Part shown: one piece after another, positions 61,449 to 64,000 of the stretch
Layout of the letters: each line of letters opens with the position of its first letter
Position numbering within the stretch: position 1 is the stretch's first letter
Assembly (NCBI GenBank): GCA_015228815.1
Contig: JADGCV010000010.1
Span: 46,218-110,217, forward strand
Direction: 5' to 3'
Length of the DNA: 64,000 nucleotides
Origin: Magnetococcales bacterium
GTDB taxonomy: Bacteria > Pseudomonadota > Magnetococcia > Magnetococcales > UBA8363
Notes under the pieces: generated by a model
Seen by the model: the letters and a program-made list of their open reading frames with translations, nothing else
The model's database searches: none
What the model was told of the DNA's origin: nothing
Position numbers and translations under genes: made by a program

Positions 61449-63025
61449 TGGTCCCCTCTTCCCTGTCATCCATGGATCATCCCCTGTTCACTGCGGAGAA
61501 CCTTTATTGGGCCTGGCGAAAATGTAGGCGTCGAAAAAGCCATATCCGGAGCGCTACCGATTTTGAGTACAATCTGGAAGAGAACCTGTTCGCCTTGCGT
61601 GATGAGTTGCGGCGGCGACGTTACTGTCCCGCTCCCTCGCGGGCCTTTCTGGTGGCAAAGCCCAAACGTCGGGAAATCTTTGCAGCTCAATTTCGTGACC
61701 GCGTGGTCCATCATCTTCTCGTGGATCACCTGGAACCGGGTTGGGAGCGCCGTTTTATTCATGATTCCTTTGCCTGCCGTAAAGGCAAGGGGACCCATGC
61801 GGCGGTGGAACGACTGCGTTCCATGACGCGCCAAGTGACTGCCAACGGTTCCCGCCCGGCGTGGTATCTGCAGTTGGACATCAAAGGCTTCTTCATCTCC
61901 ATCGATCGGCGGATCCTTTTTTCAAGGTTGGTGGCGCACGAAATAGATCCCGTCGTCCTCGATCTGATCCGGCTTCTGGTTTTCCACGACCCCACCCGGA
62001 ATTGCCGCTTGTGCGGTCAGCCCATGTCCGCGTTTCAGGCGTTACCGGCCCATAAGACCCTGTTCAAGGCTGCCTCGGAGTGTGGGCTCCCCATCGGCAA
62101 TCTGACCAGCCAGTTTTTCGCTAACGTCTATTTGGATACACTGGATCAGTTTTGTAAGCATCACCTGAAAATCCGGCATTATGTCCGCTATTGTGACGAT
62201 TTCGTGATTCTGGCCAACCATGCGGACGAGTTGCGGGTCTGGGAGCGGCAGATTGAAACATTTCTCTGGGCTCACCTCCGATTGCGTTTGAATGAGAAAA
62301 GGAAACTGCGCCCCGTTTCCGACGGTATCGATTTTCTGGGATACATCGTGCGCCCGGATTATCTTCTGACACGCAAGCGTGTGGCGGGCGCTCTTCGGGA
62401 AAGACTGTCCGGAGCTCAAGCCATTCTGGTAGCTGAAGGTATGACGCTGGCTGAGGGGGAATCCCGTTTTTTCCCTTGGAACCGGACTCTTATGAACCGA
62501 GTCAGACAATGGCTGGTCTCCTTTCGCGACCATACCGAACGGGCCTCCAGTCACCGTCTTTGGGGTGACATGATACGCCGTTTCCACTGGTTGGATGAAT
62601 ATTTCATCTGGCGCAACGGCATCCCAAACTTTCGTTACCCGCCACCCTTCCATTCTCAGAGTTTTAATCAGCAGAAACGTTGGTTCCTCAGTCTGTTTCC
62701 GGATCACGTGGTCATGATCCGATTGGGCTCCTACTGGGAGATCGCTGCGTCCCGCGCCGACCTGTTACCTATTCCCAGTTGGCACGGTCGGCGTTTTACT
62801 GAACGCAGTTTCCAGGCGATCAACCGCATCCTTCTGACTCGATGGGGGCGTGTGGTCTGGATTGATGAGACCGGACGGAGGATCACTCCCATTGCGGAAC
62901 GAGTATTGACAGGACACTGGCCGGGGAATTTTTCGGGTTGTCCACCAAAACCAGATTCTCCAATGGTTGTTGAAGAGCGGCATGGAGGTGAAAAGCCTCC
63001 TTTTCAGCAGGCGGAACAAGGGTGA
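61445..63025 (+). CDS. DGR-type reverse transcriptase with MutS-domain-I-like C-terminal extension (alternative start ATG 61472)
   Basis: 'FRDRVVHHLLVDHL', 'SFACRKGKGTHAAV', 'GLPIGNLTSQFFANVYL' (62093-62113) and 'YCDD' (62189-62200). The ATGATG start overlaps the target-1 stop. Confidence 0.9.
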   Translation: MMVPSSLSSMDHPLFTAENLYWAWRKCRRRKSHIRSATDFEYNLEENLFALRDELRRRRYCPAPSRAFLVAKPKRREIFAAQFRDRVVHHLLVDHLEPGWERRFIHDSFACRKGKGTHAAVERLRSMTRQVTANGSRPAWYLQLDIKGFFISIDRRILFSRLVAHEIDPVVLDLIRLLVFHDPTRNCRLCGQPMSAFQALPAHKTLFKAASECGLPIGNLTSQFFANVYLDTLDQFCKHHLKIRHYVRYCDDFVILANHADELRVWERQIETFLWAHLRLRLNEKRKLRPVSDGIDFLGYIVRPDYLLTRKRVAGALRERLSGAQAILVAEGMTLAEGESRFFPWNRTLMNRVRQWLVSFRDHTERASSHRLWGDMIRRFHWLDEYFIWRNGIPNFRYPPPFHSQSFNQQKRWFLSLFPDHVVMIRLGSYWEIAASRADLLPIPSWHGRRFTERSFQAINRILLTRWGRVVWIDETGRRITPIAERVLTGHWPGNFSGCPPKPDSPMVVEERHGGEKPPFQQAEQG

Positions 63026-63316
63026 ATGAATTTTGCAAACCCGGACCAGCCGGGTGTGAGGGAAGGAAGGGGACGCTCGGTCAGGATCAGGACCAACCTC
63101 AGATGAATGCAAAAATGAAATTTGCGGCTGCTCCAGAGAGTGAAGAAAAGGCGGCACCGTCAACGCGGGTGAGGCGGAAGGGACGAAAACCTGGAGGATA
63201 GATGCTGTTCTGAAGAGTTGATTGGCCGAGTAACGATCGGGTCTTTGGCTACTGTAGTCGTGGTTGTGGGAGTGACATATCGGTACTGAAGTGACGGCCT
63301 TGGAAGGGAGGAAACG

Positions 63317-63913
63317 GTGAAACGGATGCGCATGTTTTTGGATAACGGGGTAGCAGAGTGGATACTGGCCATATCTTTATTTTTTGTATTTTCCTCAGTG
63401 CATGCTGCGGGAGCGCCGCCCGCCCCGGTTCCCAAGACGGGCCAGACCACTTTGTATGGCGCTGGCGACGACGGCGCGTTGCAAAAGGGTTTGGCATGGG
63501 CCACCCCCCGCTTTTCGGACATGGGAGATGGGACGGTACGGGATACCCTGACCAGTCTGATCTGGATGAAAAATGCCAATTGTTGGGGTGACATGGCTTG
63601 GTTATCCGCCCTGGCCAAGGTTGCTGGTCTTAACGGTGGCACGGAAACCTGTTCCGGCTATACCGGGAACCAAACCGACTGGCGTCTGCCGAGTATCAAG
63701 GAACTTAGAAGCCTGATCGACTATGGTCATTTCAAACCGGCGTTGTCGGCTGGGTATCCGTTTTCGGGCGTCCAGACCAACTACTATTGGTCTGGATCCA
63801 CGGTCGCGAGTGGCACGTCCGGCGCATGGGTCGTGAGCCTCGACAACGGCTACGTGAACGACAGCGACAAGACGTACAGTTTCTATGTCTGGCCTGTGCG
63901 AGGCGGACCATAG
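63317..63913 (+). CDS. secreted DUF1566-domain protein, DGR target 2 (carries VR2)
   Basis: GTG 63317 follows GGGAGG. Signal peptide '...FVFSSVHA|AG'. 'KTGQTTLYGAGDDGALQKG', 'DWRLPSIKELRSL'. Confidence 0.85.
   Translation: MKRMRMFLDNGVAEWILAISLFFVFSSVHAAGAPPAPVPKTGQTTLYGAGDDGALQKGLAWATPRFSDMGDGTVRDTLTSLIWMKNANCWGDMAWLSALAKVAGLNGGTETCSGYTGNQTDWRLPSIKELRSLIDYGHFKPALSAGYPFSGVQTNYYWSGSTVASGTSGAWVVSLDNGYVNDSDKTYSFYVWPVRGGP
63752..63907 (+). repeat. DGR variable region VR2 (with invariant flanks)
   Basis: See VR1. Same length and same invariant ends: GGGTATCCGTTTTCGGGCGTCC ... GTCTGGCCTGTGCGAGGCGGA. Confidence 0.85.
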
Positions 63914-63951
63914 GGCCTTGGATACTTTGGGTGCTTTGCGAGGGGGGAGTG

Positions 63952-63977
63952 CAGAGGGGGGAGGCTTCCCCCCTCTG
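63952..63977 (+). other. GC-rich hairpin downstream of VR2 (10-11 bp stem, GGCT tetraloop)
   Basis: CAGAGGGGGG-AGGCTT-CCCCCCTCTG read directly. It lies 45 nt after the last invariant VR2 base. Confidence 0.8.
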
Positions 63978-63992
63978 CCCGCCGCAGGCGGG
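63978..63992 (+). other. second short GC hairpin (terminator-like)
   Basis: CCCGCC-GCA-GGCGGG followed by ATTCTTGT. The window ends at 64000. Confidence 0.5.
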
Positions 63993-64000
63993 ATTCTTGT

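Noticed and set aside
61468-61477. ATCCATGGAT palindrome as the VR1 counterpart of the VR2 hairpin.
   Set aside because: It is a loop-less 10-bp palindrome with only a 3-bp possible stem around a 4-nt loop, so it is too weak to call.
63026-63316. RT-target-2 spacer as the location of a TR or an Avd gene.
   Set aside because: Read on both strands, it has no similarity to the VR core beyond a chance 8-mer (GAGGCGGA), and no ORF of Avd size.
63752-63907. The second 156-nt block as the DGR template repeat for VR1, or the reverse.
   Set aside because: Mismatches are not confined to adenines of either copy (for example t/c in ctc/acc, c/g in cac/gtc). Both blocks also sit at the 3' end of exported DUF1566 ORFs, so both are treated as VRs.
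1-64000. tRNA, rRNA, tmRNA or a phage att core.
   Set aside because: No cloverleaf-like or rRNA-like segment was noticed on reading. This is a by-eye negative and should be confirmed with tRNAscan-SE/Infernal.

Overview
Most of the window (about 2.2-54.9 kb) is one temperate tailed-phage-like element with an alphaproteobacterial flavour: two GapR/DUF2312-like genes and three DUF3489 genes. It has three blocks. (1) A plus-strand early and replication-recombination module: Xis/AlpA-like HTH, wHTH initiator-like protein, ParB-like protein, Sak4-like ATPase, DUF669-like protein, SF2 helicase, C5-MTase-like protein, PD-(D/E)XK nuclease, primase-like protein and RuvC-like resolvase. (2) A regulatory block: DUF3489 paralogues, a ParB-domain DNA methyltransferase and an IHF-alpha-like protein. 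(3) A lambda-like packaging and head module (TerS, GpA-type TerL, gpW, lambda-family portal, protease-scaffold-capsid fusion, DUF2190), followed by a long siphovirus-type tail module (fibres, tube, G/GT chaperone with a -1 slippery site, 1515-aa tape measure, distal tail genes). Embedded accessory items are HigB/HigA and BrnT/BrnA toxin-antitoxin pairs, a 3.37-kb recombinase-in-trio (RIT) element that splits a DUF3489 gene, a cassette sitting in a duplicated terS/terL junction, and several unusual repeat arrays. From about 55.1 kb the sequence looks AT-richer by eye and encodes an envelope operon: a lipoprotein, a SPOR plus beta-barrel OMP, and a 1454-aa multidomain lipoprotein. That operon ends in a diversity-generating retroelement (DGR). 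Two DUF1566/C-type-lectin-fold variable regions flank a DGR-type reverse transcriptase that carries a MutS-domain-I-like C-terminal extension. No template repeat and no Avd gene are visible inside the window. I recognised no rRNA, tRNA or CRISPR array. All functional calls come from motif recognition and hand translation; no database search or computation was possible. The ORF track uses GTG/TTG as 'M', so several starts were re-placed on ATG/GTG codons with a Shine-Dalgarno sequence.
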